Positions 62,030-64,000 of a DNA stretch of 64,000 nt are shown one piece after another. The DNA is taken from the NCBI GenBank assembly GCA_028534125.1, contig CM052818.1:25050001-25114000 (forward strand), read 5' to 3'. Source of the DNA: Lama glama. Its lineage: Eukaryota. A program made the position numbers and the translations under genes. The notes below the pieces were generated by a model. It was not told where the DNA came from. It was given only the letters and a program-made list of their open reading frames with translations, and searched no databases. Numbering within the stretch: position 1 is the first letter of the stretch; each line of letters begins with the position of its first letter.

Positions 62030-63250
62030 ACTGACCTCCATGATGACAAACCTAATGATACTTTACTGTCTCCCTCCTCCTTAGTCTCTCTTTGGCATTT
62101 AACACAGTTGATCATTCTCTTCTCAAAATTCCCTCCTTCTTTGCTTCATCGATACCAATTGTACTAGTTCCACAGATAGTAAAATTGAATAAGAAGTGCA
62201 AGATGCTTGTGTGTGGAAACACCTGCGAAGGATAAAGAGGAACAAGAGCAGGAGTAGGACGCAAGAGTGTCTGACTGCTATGCATGCTGTAACGCCTGTG
62301 ATGCGAGAGGAAGAAGGGAGAGGGGTTGGGTAGGAAGAGCCTCAGTCTGCAGGGCAGCTCTGGGAAAGTCTGGGAGCCCCAGAGCAAAGACTGCTCATTA
62401 GAGGAAACCAAATTGGGCAGGAATGGCTGGCCAAGCTCAGTCATTGGCTAGGAGCACCTGGGGGGAGAAAGACGGCTGCATGAATGCTGTGATGTTTCCC
62501 AAAGACACAGCGCCTGGTGGCTGCCAGTTAATCACACTCATCACAGCAGGTGAATCCTTGAAGGGAGTTCAGAGTGGTGCACTTCTATGGCTGCCACACA
62601 ACTTCATTTCCACATGACATACTGGGTCCCACCTTCCTAGCCTCCTTTGCTGGATTCTCTTCCTTTGCTCACACTCTGTTGGGTTTCTCTAGGAACCCAT
62701 TTTCTGCCTATTTCATACATCTTCTCTATAAGAATTCATCTCAACCCACAATTTCAAATACTACAATCACTGAATGTTAATGATCACTCCATATGTTAAT
62801 TCAGGTCATCATTTTCTCTCACCCGTTACTGCAAGGGTCTCCTAACAATTCTCCTATCTCATCGCCAGCCTTGTCATCTGCTTTAGATTCATTTGCCACC
62901 TGCAGCTGATGGGATATTTCTAAGGCACAAATAAGATCATGTCTTCCCTGTGCTGAAAACCCATCGACAGCTCCCTTGTGTTCTCAGTTAAAAATCCAAG
63001 TTATTTAACACAATTATATGCCCCTTAATGGACTGGTCCCTGTTTATCAATCTAGCCTCATCTGTTATTCACCCCAAACAGAATTACTTCTGTTTGAGTG
63101 TAACCTTTCTACTCTCAGAATGGCTCCTTGTCTGGCTAATTCTCTACTTGTCTTTTAAGTCTCAGCTTAGAGGTTCCTTTCTCTGCGAAGACTTCCATAA
63201 GCTGCAAAGACCAGATTTGGTGCCCTCTTATGTGATCCTAGGAACCACAT
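62030..63250 (+). mobile_element. L2 fragments split by an LTR16C-like element
   Basis: ggcatttaacacagttgatcattctcttctc..; after the LTR cacaaataagatcatgtc..ctgaaaaccc..aaaatccaa..aagtctcagctta. Confidence 0.7.
62160..62598 (-). mobile_element. LTR16C-like ERVL LTR
   Basis: aacacctgcgaaggataaag..gggtaggaagagcctcag..gggagccccagagcaaag..gctcagtcattggctaggagc..tatggctgccaca. Confidence 0.8.
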
Positions 63251-63439
63251 AATAAAGGGCAAGGGGAATCTTGGTTGTGCATCTACAGAGGGCAGTGAAA
63301 CATCACTTGGGTGCTACATATTGGAAATGTAATAAAAGGGACAATATTTTACATTATCAGGACTTCTAGGGAACATACCATATGAAATAGAAAGGAATTT
63401 TATGATAAATAATTTGGTGTGGGTGATCATTCTCCAAAG

Positions 63440-63641
63440 GGATGTGATAGGCAAATATTCTCAATCCAGTCATCATCCACACTCCCTAGCCCAACCCCTA
63501 GGCATTTGGAAATGTTAATGACAGTATGGCTGGGAGCAGTATTGATGCGGGCAGGGATGTTATAATGTGTGGGGACAGTCCCACACAAGGAAGAACTGTC
63601 CTACCTAAAATGCTAATAAGACCTCCATTGAGAAACACCGT
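63440..63641. mobile_element. MER20-like MITE
   Basis: ggcatttggaaatgt..gggcagggatg..ggggacagtcccacaca..gaactgtcc..aaaatgctaata..ttgagaaacac. Confidence 0.7.
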
Positions 63642-63699
63642 GCCAGGAGGTGTGCAAATCTGGGAGCAGAGCTGAAATGTAAAATTTACCACTTACTTT

Positions 63700-64000
63700 A
63701 CATTTCTGTTTGAGCACCTCAAACCTAACAGATATAAAACAGGATCATCTACTTTGTTCCAGTGTTAAAACCCTCCCCCAGATAACCCCTGTTCCTCTTA
63801 TTTTGCCAAATGCTATCATCTTTTTGGGATCTTCCCAGTTGTCTAAGCCAGAAGCCTGCTTGTCGTCTATGTCTCTGCCTGCTTCCTCACCTCCCCAAAA
63901 CTGTCAACTCCATCTTCCAATTATTTCCTGGTTTCTTCCCTCTCTCTCCATCCTAGGCATCCCTAGCCCTAATCCAGGTTCTCTTATATATGTTATTGCA
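63700..64000 (+). mobile_element. L2 fragment
   Basis: gcacctcaaacctaaca..cccagttgtctaagccagaagcctg..caactccatcttcc..ccctctctctccatcc. Confidence 0.65.

Noticed and set aside
1..64000. ORF track entries as protein-coding genes
   Set aside because: All are under 150 aa, many start at non-ATG codons, and many lie in L1/L2/LTR/MIR or low-complexity DNA; no recognisable cellular protein and no consistent exon chain.

Overview
This is mammalian (eutherian) genomic DNA, not prokaryotic. It is AT-rich, CpG-depleted and roughly half covered by interspersed repeats: L1, L2, L3/CR1, HAL1, MIR, MaLR/ERVL solo LTRs and hAT MITEs. Six copies of a tRNA-derived SINE that matches my recollection of the camelid Vic-1 family, together with artiodactyl-type L1 3' ends, point to a camelid genome (inference). 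I recognise no protein-coding exon, RNA gene, CpG island or CRISPR array, and the ORF track is mostly chance or repeat-derived frames, so the window looks intergenic or deep intronic. Points of interest: a near-identical tandem triplication (27.4-27.7 kb); an unassigned TSD-flanked retroinsertion (12.1 kb); a four-element nested TE stack (48 kb); two dense transcription-factor motif clusters (16.7 and 42.7 kb); and several well-formed candidate exons, including a 14-nt minus-strand microexon. I see no convincing novel biological system. Repeat subfamily names come from remembered consensus sequences, not database searches, and boundaries of old repeats are approximate.
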